Positions 12,761 to 26,916 of a DNA stretch of 64,000 nucleotides are shown here, in pieces; position 1 is the stretch's first letter, and the number at the start of each line of letters is the position of its first letter. Source of the DNA: Octopus sinensis (taxonomy: Eukaryota); assembly GCF_006345805.1 (NCBI RefSeq), contig NC_043004.1, positions 20,832,001-20,896,000 on the forward strand. The letters are read 5' to 3'. The notes under the pieces are model-generated. The model had not been told where the DNA came from, ran no database searches, and worked only from the letters and a program-made list of their open reading frames with translations. The position numbers and the translations under genes were made by a program.

Positions 12761-13315
12761 GAGGGTGAGGAAAAAGTCACGCACCATAGGGATAATTTAT
12801 TAAAAGTATAATTACACGTGAAAATTTTATTTACTAGTGATTCAATTGTCATATGTGCTGTTCAAAATGACACCCTTCCTTTTCATAACACATTTCAATT
12901 CTGTGTCTGCATGATTCATTAGCACGGAGAGTTTCCTCTGTTATTTTACTGCATTCATTTTCAATTCCCCTGTTGATGTTGGATTGGTTGAACTTTTTGG
13001 TTTGCCACTTCGAAGGTGGTCAGCAACACTACCAGTTTTTTTTAGAATAATTAATTACATGTCCAACGGTTGACTTTTCAATTGGAATTCGGTGTGGATT
13101 TTTTGCCTGTTGAATTCCCCTGCGACAGATCTGTGAGTAGCACTTGCTTTCCCATACATAAACACTAAGGTAACTCGTTCATCCTTTATCAATTTTTTCC
13201 CCATCTTACTATGTCAAAATTGTTGCTGCAAATAAGAAAACATCGAAACAAATTCTACATTTAAAACATTATTAATTAATTAACTCCTATGGTGCATGAC
13301 TTTTGCCTCACCTTG
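12761..13315 (-). mobile_element. Tc1/mariner deletion derivative (MITE-like)
   Basis: ~28-bp TIRs agggtgaggaaaaagtcacgcaccatagg / cctatggtgcatgacttttgcctcacct; preceded by TA; minus strand from 13204 encodes HTH-like MGKKLIKDERVTLVFMYGKASATHRSVAGEFN. Confidence 0.8.
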
Positions 13316-13811
13316 TGTGTGTGTGTGTGTGTGAGTGTGTATATTTGTAATTCCTTGTCATGACATTCTGTGATAGTTGTAAAATGATTGTCACTGTTAT
13401 GTAAGCAGTATCATTCATTTCCAATATTCTGTGAGCGCATGTCTGGCCATGGAAACAAATGAGGATTGGGGACAGGAAGGGCATCCAGCCATAGAAACCA
13501 TGTCAGATCAGATTGGAACCAGCTGTAGCCTTCCAGCTTAACAGTTTTAGTCAAACCATTTAACCCATGCCAGCATGGAAAGCAGACAACGATGATGAAG
13601 ATGATGTCAAATGAACAGAGGTTCACCTGAGTCTGAAGTTATGAATATTTCTCTTCTTGTGATGGATACAGTTCTTGCACAACAATCATGTGGAAATACA
13701 GTTCAAATATTTTAGTCTAGTTCTTATTTCATTGATTACTACTTGCTGAACTGTTTTATTGAAGAAAGAGTGCCACAAAACCCTGTGTCTTAGATTGGCA
13801 TAAACATTAAC

Positions 13812-13920
13812 AGAGGTGTTTTCGCTCAATAAACACACACAACGCTCGGTCAGGGAATCGAAACTGTGATCCTCCAACCGCGAGTCTGCTGCCCTAACCA
13901 CTAGGCCATTGCACTTCCAC
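13812..13920 (-). mobile_element. SINE head only (6406 family)
   Basis: Reverse complement gtggaagtgcaatggcctagtggttagggcagcagactcgcgg...tttcgattccc. Confidence 0.8.
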
Positions 13921-14167
13921 TTGCGCCCTTCTAAAGCCTAGCCAGGCTCATTGGCCCCGTTTCTTGGTTTCTATGGCATATGTGTTCCCCAGCTGGATGG
14001 GACATCAGTCCATCACAGCGTTACTCATTTTTGCCAGCTGAGTGGACTGGAGCAACATGAAATGAAGTGTTTTGCTCAAGAACATGTGTCGCTTGGTCCA
14101 GGAATCGAAACCACAATCTTACGATCATGGTGCTGACATCCTAACTGCTAAGCCATGCACCTCCACA
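13921..14167 (-). mobile_element. tRNA-derived SINE with CORE-like centre
   Basis: A/B boxes (tggcttagcagttagg; ggtttcgattcc), centre ttgagcaaaacacttcattt, tail gctgtgatggactgatgtcccatccagc similar to the 10221 tail. Confidence 0.75.
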
Positions 14168-14194
14168 TGTATGCATGTGTGTGTGTGTATATAT

Positions 14195-14251
<57 letters not shown>

Positions 14252-14293
14252 GCAAAGTATGTGGCAAAGTAATTTATTTTACTAAGCCCTAAT

Positions 14294-14340
<47 letters not shown>

Positions 14341-15780
14341 CATACACTTACACACATACACACATTATGTGTTACATAAATCTGTTTTCATACTGCTTGC
14401 ATCTGGTAAATTATTGTTGAAAGGTATTCAATCAATCCATGGCAATATTAGAAATGACTTGTGTAAGATTGAATGCAGAATCACATGGTTTGCAAAGTGA
14501 ACTTCTTAAGCACCCAGGTATATCTGTGCATTGGTAACTGATAAAATAAACAAAATAAAAGTCAGAAGTGGTATGAATGTATACCTGACATTTTTATAAA
14601 TGTCTTTATCCCATTGTAATTGTATTTGCAATCTTCACTGTTATGCATCATAGTTACTTAGTGACAGCCCTTTTGTATAGTTGAGTTCAATCTAATTTTC
14701 TCTGCCAAATGCCATTCCTAACCACTTTAAAATGTTTCAGAAATGGTTATTACCAGGGTTCCACAGAAAGTAATAATGATGATGGCATCGTAATAATGGT
14801 CTGCAGTCAGGAGATAAATCAGCAGGAAGAGAGCAATGGCATGAAACTTATAATGTGGAGTATTCAGGGGTAGTCAAAGGCAACCTAAAGGAGTTTCTAC
14901 GTGGTAACTTGACTTGTTAGAAATAGAAGTCACATAGCTTTCAACTTGCATCCTATTTTCTTAATATTACACATTGCATAAGATACACTGTACATAAATT
15001 TTTGTTGGGATGGTCATAATTGGAATATATCCTATAACTCTTCTTGATTAGCGCTGATTCAGGACCAACCAACAACATTACCTCTACAATAACAACAAGA
15101 AGTCTATAACAGGGAGGGAAAATAGATATAAAGCATTTATTACTAGAGATACATAATTTCTTTTTTATTTCATTTTATTTTATTATAAATTTTTCTTTTA
15201 CTTTTATATAAAGAACTATGTTGGAACATGGTTTGAAAATGGATCAGAAAAAAGTAACAGAAATTGAATAAAAGTGATAAGTGCTAGTGATTTCAACCAA
15301 TTTTCTTTTTTATATTTTTAGGGGCTTTTGTCTTTTTATTTTTTCGCAATTTTCTGTATAGTATATAATTAGATATACTTATTATTTCCTTTGTTGATTT
15401 TTATGGAAACACAAAAGTTATTTTCTAGTGTAAAATTGGTGTTACTGAAGTGTGCTGCCGATTTTCAATTTCCAAACCATAAATTGCTTTTCCTAAAATT
15501 CCATTTCCAACACTGCAAATAATAATGCATGCCTGCATGTATGTGTACATGTGTATGCATTGGGTTGCAGTTATATGCAAATATATGAGGCCATATAATT
15601 AGCATGGTTTTTTTATGTATTTTAGTGGGGTTCAAATTGCGACGTTTTATTTCAGCAGAGCTATGACCCATTACAATTTGTAGCTATCTTGTGTAAACAT
15701 ACATAAACATGTATGCATATATATAAACACACATGCATGCATGTATATACAAGTGTGTCAATATTTATATATATGGTTAG

Positions 15781-15965
15781 AAGGTGGGACTGAAAAGTTA
15801 CTGGCTTTGGGTAAAAGAAAATATAGGAGGATCAGTTAATTATGATTTCATTCATGTTCCTTTCTCTAGATTCACACACTTATTACAGAGGTCCTTCAGT
15901 TTTTCTAAGCCCGGTAAAAGAACTCAGAAGTTTGGGCCTCAAACCCAGGAACATTTCAGCACCTT
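15781..15965 (-). mobile_element. Mariner-derived MITE
   Basis: Ends ggtgggactgaaaagttactgg / ccaggaacatttcagcacc are inverted; interior matches 10578-10750. Confidence 0.65.
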
Positions 15966-16392
15966 GCTGTGTAAATACATACATACATACATATATATAT
16001 ATGTAACCGTCCAACCCATGCTAGCATGGATAGCGGACGTTAAACGATGATGATGATGATGATGATGATATATATATATATACTTATATATATATAACTG
16101 TAATATAATACGTGACAATTATTCAGTTGCCATAATAAAACTCTGACTTTTGGATGTTGGGGTGGAAATCTGCTCCGGCATCTCATCAGTTATTAAGACA
16201 AGCAAAAATGCTATAAAAATGACAGTTAAACAAAAGGCAATTACTATGCTCAGGTTGTATAAATTCAATATTTACTTAATATTTACTGAGTATTAATTGA
16301 AACAGGTGTAAGGGATGATGATTTGCTGTTAATAATAAACAATTGTTAATTTTGCAATCTCCATTTTCTTTTTCTTCTTTTATATATATATA

Positions 16393-17277
16393 TAGGGTGT
16401 TTAAAAAATTTGATATAATTTGAGATGTAAATATCACTGGAACTACATAGTCAAATCAAATAAAACTAAACAAGCTTAATGTTGACCAACATAGCATTTA
16501 TTCCTCTAAATTTGAATGAGAAATTCAAAGGTATGTAAATTCCATGAATGACTTCTTGTAGATGGCACAGAAGAGATTCCCTTTTGTTGAGTCCCTCTCA
16601 TGCTCAACTGTGACATGGGGATTTTCTTCACCCCAAATGTGAACATTATGCTTATTTATTTTACCATTCATAAGAAATGTGGCCTCATCACTGAAAATAA
16701 GACGTTCCTTGATATTGGCTTCAAGTTTCTCTTGCATATCAACACAGAATTGTTTGTTCTTTCACTTGTCTACCATTATGGCCTGAATGAGCTGCAGCTT
16801 GTTGGGTTTCATTTGCAAGCATTTCCTCGGGACATGCCAAACTGTCGTTGGAGGATCTGGATTTCCAGGCTATTCTTATGAACTTCTTGGGGCTTTGCAA
16901 GAAGCCCATAAGAACCCGCTCGACCATCTCTTCCAATGTTAGTGGTCATTCAGACCCTTTTGCACTGCACAGACAGCCTTCCTGTTTGAATTTTTTGTGC
17001 CCTTTCCAAATTTGCATTGCTGTTGGTGACTTTTTAGAGAACTCTCTCACAAATGCACACTGCACAGTCTTGTTCGACTGTATTCAAACATATTCCAAGA
17101 CACAAAACAATTTTTCTTTTCCAGTGAATGCCATTTCTATACCTGAAAAGATAAACACATCAAACATTAAACTTTTGAACTTTTTGTACACATGCTGTTA
17201 AAATTTGAAGTCATTTGAACATGAACTGGCAAAGTTATTAGGTTGTGAAATGATATCCAATCTTTTGAAACACCCTG
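16393..17277 (-). mobile_element. Internally deleted Tc1/mariner-superfamily (Tc3/DUF4817-type) DNA transposon
   Basis: TIRs agggtgtttaaaaaa / ttttgaaacaccctg with TA flanks; transposase remnants MAFTGKEKLFCVLEY...KFKQEGCL and IFSDEATFLMNGKINKHNVHIWGEENPH; C-terminal half missing. Confidence 0.85.
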
Positions 17278-17303
17278 TAAACATACATACATACATACAT
17301 ACA

Positions 17304-17356
<53 letters not shown>

Positions 17357-17409
17357 GAGCATAACGCTCCCCATCCAATGGATGGTGCTGAGTTGTCAAA
17401 TATTTAAAC

Positions 17410-17469
17410 CAAATTTTCTCAAAACAACTTGTCCGACTGTCCCATAGGCCACCCCTTTGAGAAACACTG
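17410..17469. mobile_element. 60-bp minimal hAT-type MITE
   Basis: Ends caaattttctcaaa / tttgagaaacactg; near-identical 8-bp flanks atttaaac and atttaacc. Confidence 0.5.
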
Positions 17470-17490
17470 ATTTAACCTAAATTTGATACA

Positions 17491-17876
17491 CCAGCAAAAG
17501 AAGAAATAAAGAAAAACGATTTTATTCACACTAATATGCAACTGAAGAGTTTAAAGTACCAGTAACGATAAGGCTGTTTACTGGGAGGATGCAAACATGG
17601 TTTAAACAATAAACTTGGCAGGAAAGAAACATGCCTTTAAGCAGTACAAAAACAGCAAAAATGGAAGGTGCAGTTATGTACAGGTTGACGGAAGAAAAGC
17701 AGGACAAAAACGGCTTTATTGATCGCATTCTCACCTGGAATCGATCATTGTCATTTTTTCAAGACTTATACATGCCCTGATACCATCGGTATCTACATAT
17801 CAAATTTAAGCTCAATGCAGGATGCCTGAGATCTGAGTAGACACACAGACAGACAGAACGGATTTTATATAAGAGA
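17491..17876 (-). mobile_element. Non-autonomous Helitron (5' end clear, 3' end uncertain)
   Basis: Minus strand A|TCTCTTATATAAAAtccgttctgtctgtctgtgtgtc, the same type of 5' end as 7628 and 38138. Confidence 0.5.
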
Positions 17877-17891
17877 TATATGTAGATAGAT

Positions 17892-17958
<67 letters not shown>

Positions 17959-19493
17959 CATACAGATAGATAGGTAGAAATAAATATATGTATAGATAAT
18001 TCGTTTGCCACTTGTGATGATATTTTAATATCATCCCTCTTATATTCACGATATATATATATGTACACACACACACACACACATACATACATACATATAT
18101 ATATGTATGTATATGTATAAATATAGTTATATATGTATATGTGTGTGTATCTTAGGTGATTTTATGCTCACAACATAATACAGAGTACATGGATTAAAGT
18201 TGATTCACACAGTTATAATTCATAGTTTTACACACCTAAGATTCTGATATAACTGGTTAGGCATTATGTATTGAATGATTGAAGCTTTGTGAGCAGCACC
18301 CTAGCTGGACTGATTCTCATTGGCTGAGGCTGTTCATGTGGTCAGATATGAGGGAAGTTTGAAAAATTGTTGGCCAAACTGCTGTCATGTAAAGGAGACC
18401 ACCCAGGTCTGTAGGCATCAAAGAAAAAAACTACTCTATAACAAGTCCTATGTCTGTGGATTTGAATCAATAGACCTTGGATTTTTATGTGCATTGAAGA
18501 AGCTAAGATAAATTTATTTTCATGACAGGAATTAACTATTTTTGATCATCAATTAAATGATATTGTTACCTCGTTTAAAATACAGACACTTTTCAAATGG
18601 GCAAAGCCAACCATTATTCTAATAGATGATGAAACTGCAGGTTTTTACATTGGGAAATTTTCAGGCTACAGCAAACATACTAATTCAGACTTAACAGAAT
18701 GTGCCACTTTGTTCAAATAGACAACACATACTGTTTTAGACATTCAGATAATAAACAAAATAAAAAAAGCATCTTTTATATATAGTACATTTGCAGGCTG
18801 AAAGTCATAAACCCACACAATTTAGAGGTATTGTGGTTGAATTAAGAACAGTGTTTGAATTTGTCCAACCATTTTCTAGAGAATCTAAAGCAAGCTACCT
18901 CTCTACTTGTGAAAAGTTCTTCATTTCAAAATACCATTTTGAAAATAAGTTCATTTTACAGTTCTGCCTAATTTTATTCTACCTACAGGCTGAATATATT
19001 ATAATTTAATAAGTAGAAATTTTTGAAATTCCTGACAATTATCTTTAATTCACTGAATTTCAGTAAATTGGCTATGAATATTTAGAGATCTCTTTCCTAT
19101 ACGATATTTTTGTGTTTGTTGTTTAAAGAACTGCTCACTATTGATAAATTGACTTTTTACAAAGCTGCAAACAAAAATCCCATCAAATCTGTTTTTGTCT
19201 ATTGAATATGGTACGTTGTTTTACTTTCATTTCATTTAAATATCAACCTTAATTCTTGTTCTTTCCTTCACTTCTACCTTTATTTTTGTATTTTCCCCCT
19301 TCCTTGTTTTCCTTATCTATTTCTGTATCGATCTCATCTCTTTGTATTACAATTTTCTTTATCACTCTTTTTCTTTCTAACCTAATATCTAAATGTCATG
19401 TCAATTCGTAAAATTTAAATATTTTAAACATTAAATTTTACATTATAAATGTTTAAATTTCATTGTATATATATATATATTATTATTATATAT

Positions 19494-19570
<77 letters not shown>

Positions 19571-19959
19571 TTTTTTCAGAGGAAATTACTAGTTTATATA
19601 GTTTTATATATATATATGTATATATATACACACACACAACTATATAAATTAGTAGTTTCTGCTGAAAATTTTAGATACTTGGAAAAGTAGTAACACCAAT
19701 CTCAAAGAAAATATCTTGTAAATTTTCTGTTTCCATATATATACATATATAATGGAATATTTTTGGTTAAGCATTGTGTGGTATAATTTTAAAGAGATTT
19801 GTTGCGTTAGTCGGAAAGCCTGTAAGAAGATACAAAGTATACTGGAAAAGGAAGACAAAACAAAACGAAGTTGCTGTTAAAACTGTTCTAGCCATACCCA
19901 ACAAATCTCTTTAAATAAACATTCATACATACATACGTATGTGTGTGTGTGTGTGTGTG

Positions 19960-20585
19960 TGTGTGTACAGAAAATAGACTCCATCAAGTGATAGTGGGGT
20001 AAGCTAGAAGTAGGAGATAGATTCTCTTCTCTAAGTTACCATGTTAGTAGTAGAGGTGGATGCCCTGAGAGTATAGCTGTGAGAATAAGAAGAGGCTAAG
20101 CAAAGTTCAGAGAACTCCTACCTCTGCTGACAACAAAGATCCTCTCCTTCAGAGCGAAAAGCACATTGTATGATGCCTGTGTGCAAACAGCTATGCTACA
20201 CTACAGTGAAACAAGAGCTGTGTCAGTTGAGGGCATGCATAGGCTTGAAAGAAATGAAGCCAATATGTTTTGCTGGATGTGCAATGTCAGTGTGTAAATT
20301 CGATAGTGTAAGCATCTTGAGAGAAAAGTTGGGCATAAGAGGCAACAGATGTGGTATGTAGGAGAGACGACTGTACTGGTAAGGTCATGTGATGTGTATG
20401 GATGAGGACAGCTGTGTAAAGAAGTGCTGATCTCTAACTGTAGCCAGAACCTGTGGTAGAGGTAGACAAGGAAGGCATGAGACAAGGTGGCGAAACATGA
20501 TCTTCAAACTTTGGGCCCCACAGAAGTAATGACTAGTGACCAAGAAATTTGGTGATATGCTGTGCTTCAGAAGACCTGTCGCACA
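19960..20585 (+). mobile_element. RTE-clade LINE ORF 3' remnant
   Basis: Decayed RIRRG.AKFRELLPLL...LYDACVQTAMLH...LERNEANMFCWMCNVS...LREKLGIR...ERRL.W.GHV.CMDEDSCVKKC. Confidence 0.85.
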
Positions 20586-20854
20586 AGGGATGATATACAA
20601 GGGGTGAGAATATGTGGGTAGACAAGCATGGAGAAGTGTTGGGGCTTGGCAATTTGTGGTGTTGTTCATGGGGGTTAATTTGTAATAGTGACCTTGGTGC
20701 AGGTGCTGCTAGGGGTGGCTGGTACTAAGAAAGTATATCTGGGTTGTTGGCAGCCAGTGGCTTGAAATTTACCAGAAGGGTACTCCTTAGTTCTCTCTGT
20801 CACTTTAGTGATGTCTATCAATTTGCCTTTAGGTTATATATATATATATATATA

Positions 20855-22128
20855 TTGTGTCATTCAAAAAATAATGTGGCTTTTTCAATTACCTGAACTA
20901 AAAGTTGGAGTGGGATGGGATAAACTACCTGCATCAACTTTCTATAAAAGCAGGTAGTAATTTTACCTTTTCCTTCCTTATTCTTAGTGCAAACTTTGAA
21001 GAGTGCAGTTCACTTTTAACAGTTATTTTTCAAAGCTAAATGGAAGTGACAAAGCATATATTTGGCATATTTTGCTTTATGAGTTCAATAAAGACAACAG
21101 TACAACTGAAGGTATGAGGAATATTAATGCAGTATATGGGGATTGGAAATAAGTGTAAGCCAGTGTCAATGGTGGTTCCAGAAATTCCAAGCCAGAAATT
21201 ACAGCCTAGAAGCCTTGTCCTGGAAGATCTGTATAGATCAACAGGAACATCCGGCAAACCCTGGTGGAACAAAATCCCATTGTAACTGTTAAGGGAACTA
21301 GCAGAGGAGCTTGGATTTGGTCGTTCAACCATTCATTGACACTTGTGTTCCATCAGAAGAGTCAGCAAAATGAGTCAATGAATTCCTCACAAACTTTCCA
21401 AGTCTAATTGCATGCAGAGAGTGAATGTGTGCTCTTCTTTGCTGTCACATCTCATGAATGAACTTTTTTTGGACCAAATAGTGACTGGTGACAAGAAATT
21501 GGTTCTCTAAAAATATTTTAAGCACTGATGACAGTGGGTAGGGAAAGCAGAAACACTGGGACCCCAGGCCAAAAGGTTTTCACCCATGTAAACTTTTGTT
21601 ATCTCTTTGGTGGGATAAGAAAGGTTTAATGATCTTTGAACTTTTAAACTCAAACCAAACTGTAAAAAAGAGATCCACTGTGAGCACCTTGAGCAGCTGA
21701 AGTCAGTGCTAGAAGAAAAATGACTACTTTTGTTTCAAGACGAAAGGTTTTCTTCCATCAGGATAAAGCTTGGCCACATACAGCAAGAATTACATTCCAA
21801 AGACTGGAGCAGTTTGAATGGGAAACGATACCCCACCCACCATATTTGCCACATATTACTCCTTCTGAGTATCATTTATTCTGCAGTCTTCAAAATCATT
21901 TGGAAAGAAAATATATGAATTCTGTAGACAAGATCAGAACAGTACTGGAGGAGTATTTTTCACCACAGACAAATAAATTTTGGAAGAAGGGCCTTGCAAG
22001 TCTACCAGATAGATGGAAGAGCATTGTAGAAAATGGAGGAGAGTATATTTTAGATTAAAAAAGAGTTTTGTTTATTTTAATTTTGAAAAATAAAAGTAGT
22101 ATAAAAATTTTTTTACTAGATGACCCAA
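20855..22128 (+). mobile_element. Near-full-length decayed mariner transposon
   Basis: TIRs ttgtgtcattc... / ...gatgacccaa with TA flanks; transposase from ATG 21040 to stop 22058 with VTGD, HQDKAWPH, HPPYLPHITPSEYHLF, W..IVENGGEYI; many frameshifts. Confidence 0.9.
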
Positions 22129-22982
22129 TATATATACCCACACACACATATATAGATACATATATATATGTGTGTGTGCATGTATATATATGTGTATATA
22201 TTTATGTATATATATATGTATAATAAAGGTGGGTATATGTAATATAAAAACCAAAAAGGAAAGATTCAGTTGTAACTACTAATTGTGACTAACAGTGTAG
22301 GGTAGCTAGAAATAAGAACAAAAGTGCTCATAGCCACAGGAAGTACACACACACACACACACAAATATATATTTATATATTTGTGTGTTCATGTGTATGT
22401 ATAGTAGTACTGTTGTTTACAATGCTTTCTTTATTTTCTCTTCAACATCCATTAATTTGTGTGCATAGTTAAGTCCACAGAATGCAATTAGTATCTGTTT
22501 GTAATTGTATTTGTTATTGTGTCATCAATGTAGTGTAACGACAATTAAATGCTCAGTGGAATTTTGAACTGAGAAACATGAAATAGTAAGGAATATTCTT
22601 GGCTTCATTTTCACTTCTCCACCATAATTATCTGTTGAAATAAAAATGGAGGGAAATTGTGTAAAACACACAGAAACAAACAGAAATTTATACAATTTGA
22701 TTTTGTTTTAAATGAAAAAATAAAAAATCCATTAACATTTAAAATATCATCATTAATTCTAAATGGTTTATGAAGTCTCTATACTGTTGTTATGGTTATT
22801 TTTCTACAACTTCCATAAATAAATCATAATTTTTTTTCTAATATTCATATTATGTAGGATTTTCTTTTCTTTGGTGTGTTTAGCGTTTATAATTTTTAAT
22901 ATTAATCTATTTTGAAAACTTTTTATTGTGCTTCTCTTTTTATGTTTCTGTTTACACTCCTAAACATATTTCACTCCTAAAC

Positions 22983-23204
22983 ATATTTCAGTATATTTCT
23001 CTGTCACTGTCTGTCAGTTTATTGTTCTGTATATGTGTATGTCTGTGTATGCGTGCCCCCCCCCCCAATACTACACACATATATATCTACACACATATAT
23101 ATTTCAGTATATTTCTCTGTCACTGTCTGTCAGTTTATTGTTCTGTATATGTGTATGTCTGTGTATGCGTGTCCCCCCCCCAATACTACACACATATATA
23201 TCTA
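22983..23204 (+). repeat. Tandem duplication, ~116-bp period, 2 copies
   Basis: atatttcagtatatttctctgtcactgtctgtcag...caatactacacacat at 22983 and 23099, near identical. Confidence 0.9.
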
Positions 23205-24849
23205 TCTACCTCTTTACCAACCTACCAACCTATCTCTCTATCAGTCTGTCTGTATGCCTCTCTGTCTACTTATCTGCACATGTTCCTACATACTTGCCTA
23301 TTTGTCTGACTGTCAGTAATTTCATTGTTGCCTGTTTCTCTTCACAAACACTTCTAGTAACATGCATTTTTCACATCTGAGATCCACAATTTTATTGAGA
23401 AGATGTTGGAATGACAGAAATGGAAATGCCACCAGACTAAATAACACCAGGTGCTACCTTTTTTTTCATCCTTATTGATCAAACAATTATGAATGAAATA
23501 CTATGGACCTTTCAACACCATACACTTCTCACCTTTACATTTTTAGGTTTCTAGAAATGAAAGAAATAATTTCTTTTCATATTTAAGTGCTTTTGAATAT
23601 CTAAAAAACATTACAATTGTACGATAAAAATAATGTTTTTTTTTTAACACAAAATTGCAGTTAGAACAGCAGAGGTACTGGGAAAATTACCCATACAAGA
23701 CAGAAAAATTTGCCAACAAACAGCTTTGTAAGGGTAATTTATCTAGCATTTCTGTTGTTCTAATGGCAATTCTGCATTTGAAAATATCTTCATATTTGTA
23801 TCATACAATACAGATTTCGATGTATATAAAAACAAATGTTAGAGAGTTACAATTATTAGAGAGTTTGACTTCAATCTTTACAGCATGAAGTTTGGTCCCT
23901 CACAAATCTGGCTTCTAATTCTATGAGGACTATATTGATTTACCAGTCTTCAGTATCCAGAATATGATGAATTTAAATCAGTCAGTGATATCACACTTTT
24001 TTTATCGAAAGGGATTGCAATATTTTCCAGTATAAAAGTGAAGTTTGCTGAAACAGAAACATAAAGTATATGAAATTCCAAGGAGACCCATTTTTTATTG
24101 ATTTCTTTCTTTGCAAAATATAGTGAAGGTTTTCGTTTTGCGGATAAAATCACGATAACATGTCTAGAGTTGTCTTATATACTCATAGATACTTCACTAC
24201 CTCCTCCTCCTCCCCTCCCCACTTCCTCATCCACCACCACCACCCCTTCCTCCTCCAGCTCATCCTTCACCACCTCCTCCTCCTCCTCCTCCTCATCATC
24301 ATCATCATCATCACAATCCGCTTTCCAAGCTGGCATGCACTGGGCATGTTGCCATGGTTAATTTCAGTTTTTATTCAGAGCTCCTACACTCCAAGATGGA
24401 TTGACAGACCATGCCTTACACGTCCATTCCATTTTTGAATTGGTTTCTACAACTGGATAACCCTTTCTTACACCAACGCCTTTACAGTGTGTGCTGAGTG
24501 TATTTTCTCGCTACACTTATTGCTTGTGAGGCTGCCTTGTGGCCCACATATTTATATAATTAATTCTTTATTATTCCTTCTTTTAATGTTAACTGTAACA
24601 GAGCTATGAATTGGAAGCAGAACTATTAGAACATCGCACACAAACACACACACACACACACTTTTAACTGTCACATATTATTGTAATTCTAGTTTGCCAT
24701 TGCTATACATCTAATAAACTGACCTGCTGACTTTTGTGAATCCAAATTGAAGGAGACAGATGTAAAAACATTTTGAACACACTTGGCTAAACATGGCTTA
24801 TCACAGCTGTTTAGTTTGCAAGAATACAATTATGATGTGATGACAATTT

Positions 24850-25290
24850 AGAAGCTCACTATGTAATAAAACTTTTTTTGTCAAACTGCACAAAAATGCT
24901 ACAGAAAATTATGAAATGTTCCACATTGCTTATGGATTAACTTGCATGATTTGAGCAGCAATATTTCATGATCAGAAGAGGCCAGGCACCACAAGTACAC
25001 TGGGAAGTTCCTACTGATCACTTATTTCAACAATATTGCCATCAGCTAGTTCCACTGGATTCTGTCCAGCAAGATGGTCACCAAAAAGTACTTTGTGGAG
25101 GTTTCGAAGGGGTTCATGAAGAGATCTAGTTTCAAACGACCTAAGCACCTGCACCATTCCACAATTCCATCCTGCTGACCAACTACTTGAGAGAGATGGG
25201 CATCAAATCTGTCGTTCACCCACCCTACAGTTCAGACTGTGCTCTCTGTGACTTTTGAAGGTTTTCCAAGCTGAAGAAGATGAAGGAGGC
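24850..25290 (+). mobile_element. Highly deleted mariner transposase remnant (different family)
   Basis: KLHKNATENYEMFHIAYG N-terminus and HPPYSSDCALCDF C-terminal motif. Confidence 0.65.
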
Positions 25291-25299
25291 TGTAATAAC

Positions 25300-25740
25300 A
25301 TAGTATAAATCAGTAGAAAGGAAATTACTTTTTTAAAATACCTTATGGCAGACACAAATGTCAATATCTGATCACTGTTGCTTTTTACCATCAGAAAATA
25401 TTCTAAGAAATCCTTGTGTTCAGCAGGCTGAAAGGATTGCTTATTTCAGTACAACAAATCAAAACTGCTAGTTTTGTGGTATTGTCCAGCATTTTATAGC
25501 CATACCTCACAGCCATACAGAACAACTGAGAAGACCAGTAACGCTACTATTCTACTATTCATATCTTTGTAGAGCAGGAAAACATTGTAATCTTCCTGCC
25601 CCACTGCATCACTGACATTTCGAATTTAGTAGATGGCATTAACTTTTTATTCACAGATTTAACCTGAAGAAGAGTGTCAGTAATGAAGATTCTGTAAGAT
25701 AACATCATAAAATATTCAATAATTATTCAAAAGATAATAG
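25300..25740 (+). mobile_element. Possible Penelope-like element 3' remnant
   Basis: KHCNLPA(H)CITDI resembles the HFNLPGH motif near PLE GIY-YIG C-termini; followed by ctgaaga at ~25663; very decayed. Confidence 0.3.
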
Positions 25741-26091
25741 CTACTTGATTCTCATATGTCATCATCTAAGAATTTACACACATAAGATGTACTAAAATAT
25801 TTCCAGAACTATACAATAAAATATTTATGACATGCATAAGATTTAGATGCTATCAAATATAAAAGTGAATTTTCATTATTCAAAGCATAAACATTGCATA
25901 TAAAAGATTAGAGGTTTTAGTGTTGAGATTCTCTTATAAAAATATTCAAATGTTAATTTATTCAATTTTTGTTGTATATAATGATGATGATGATGATATA
26001 TCACCTTCAACCTACTTGTTTCACATTTTCTCTGCATTTTTGTACTTTCCTGAAGTCATTTTCTTTTCCTATTATACACATACACACACAC

Positions 26092-26916
26092 ATCATCATC
26101 ATCATCGTTTAACGTCTGTTTTCCATGCTGGCATGGTTGGATGGTTTGACTGAGGCCTGGAGAGCCAGTGGCTGCACCAGGCTCCAATCTGACCTGAAAA
26201 TGTTTCTACAGCTGGATGCCCTTCCTAATGCCAACCACTCCGAGAGTGTAGTGGGTGCTTTTTACATCCCACTGGCACAGGAGCCAGTCACGTGGGCTTG
26301 GCATTGATCACATTTGGATGGTGCTTTTTGTATGCCATCGGCACAAGAGCCAGTCAGGAGGTACTGGCATCAGCCATGTTCTGATGGTGCTTTTTACATG
26401 CCACTGGCATGGGAGCCAGTCAGGGGGTACTGTCCACAGCTATGATATTGGTTTTACTTGACTCAACAGGTCTTCTCAAGCATATCATATCACTGGACTC
26501 ATCAGGTGTACTTTTAACTGGGCCAGGCATGCATGGCTGCGATCTCACTTTAGTTGCTGGGTCTTCTCAATCACAGCATATCTTCAAAGGTCTTGGTTTC
26601 CTGTCATTGCCTCTGTGAGACTCAATGTTTGAAGGTCATGCTTCACCACCTCATCCCATGTCTTCCTGAGCCTACCTCTTCCATAGGTTTCTTCAACTGT
26701 TAGGGAGTGGCACTTCCTCACACAGCTGTCCACATCCATTTGTAACACATGACCATACTAGCGCAGGCATCTCTCTTGCACACCACATTTGATGCTTTTT
26801 ATGCCCAAATCTTCTTTTAGAGTGCTTACACTCTGTATTTTATGCACACTGACATAACACATCCAGCGGATCATACTAGCTTCATTTCTTTCAAGCCTAC
26901 ACATGTTCTCAGCAGT

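Noticed and set aside
21720-22058. SETMAR-like host gene
   Set aside because: Transposase fragment inside a TIR-bounded, frameshifted mariner; no SET domain
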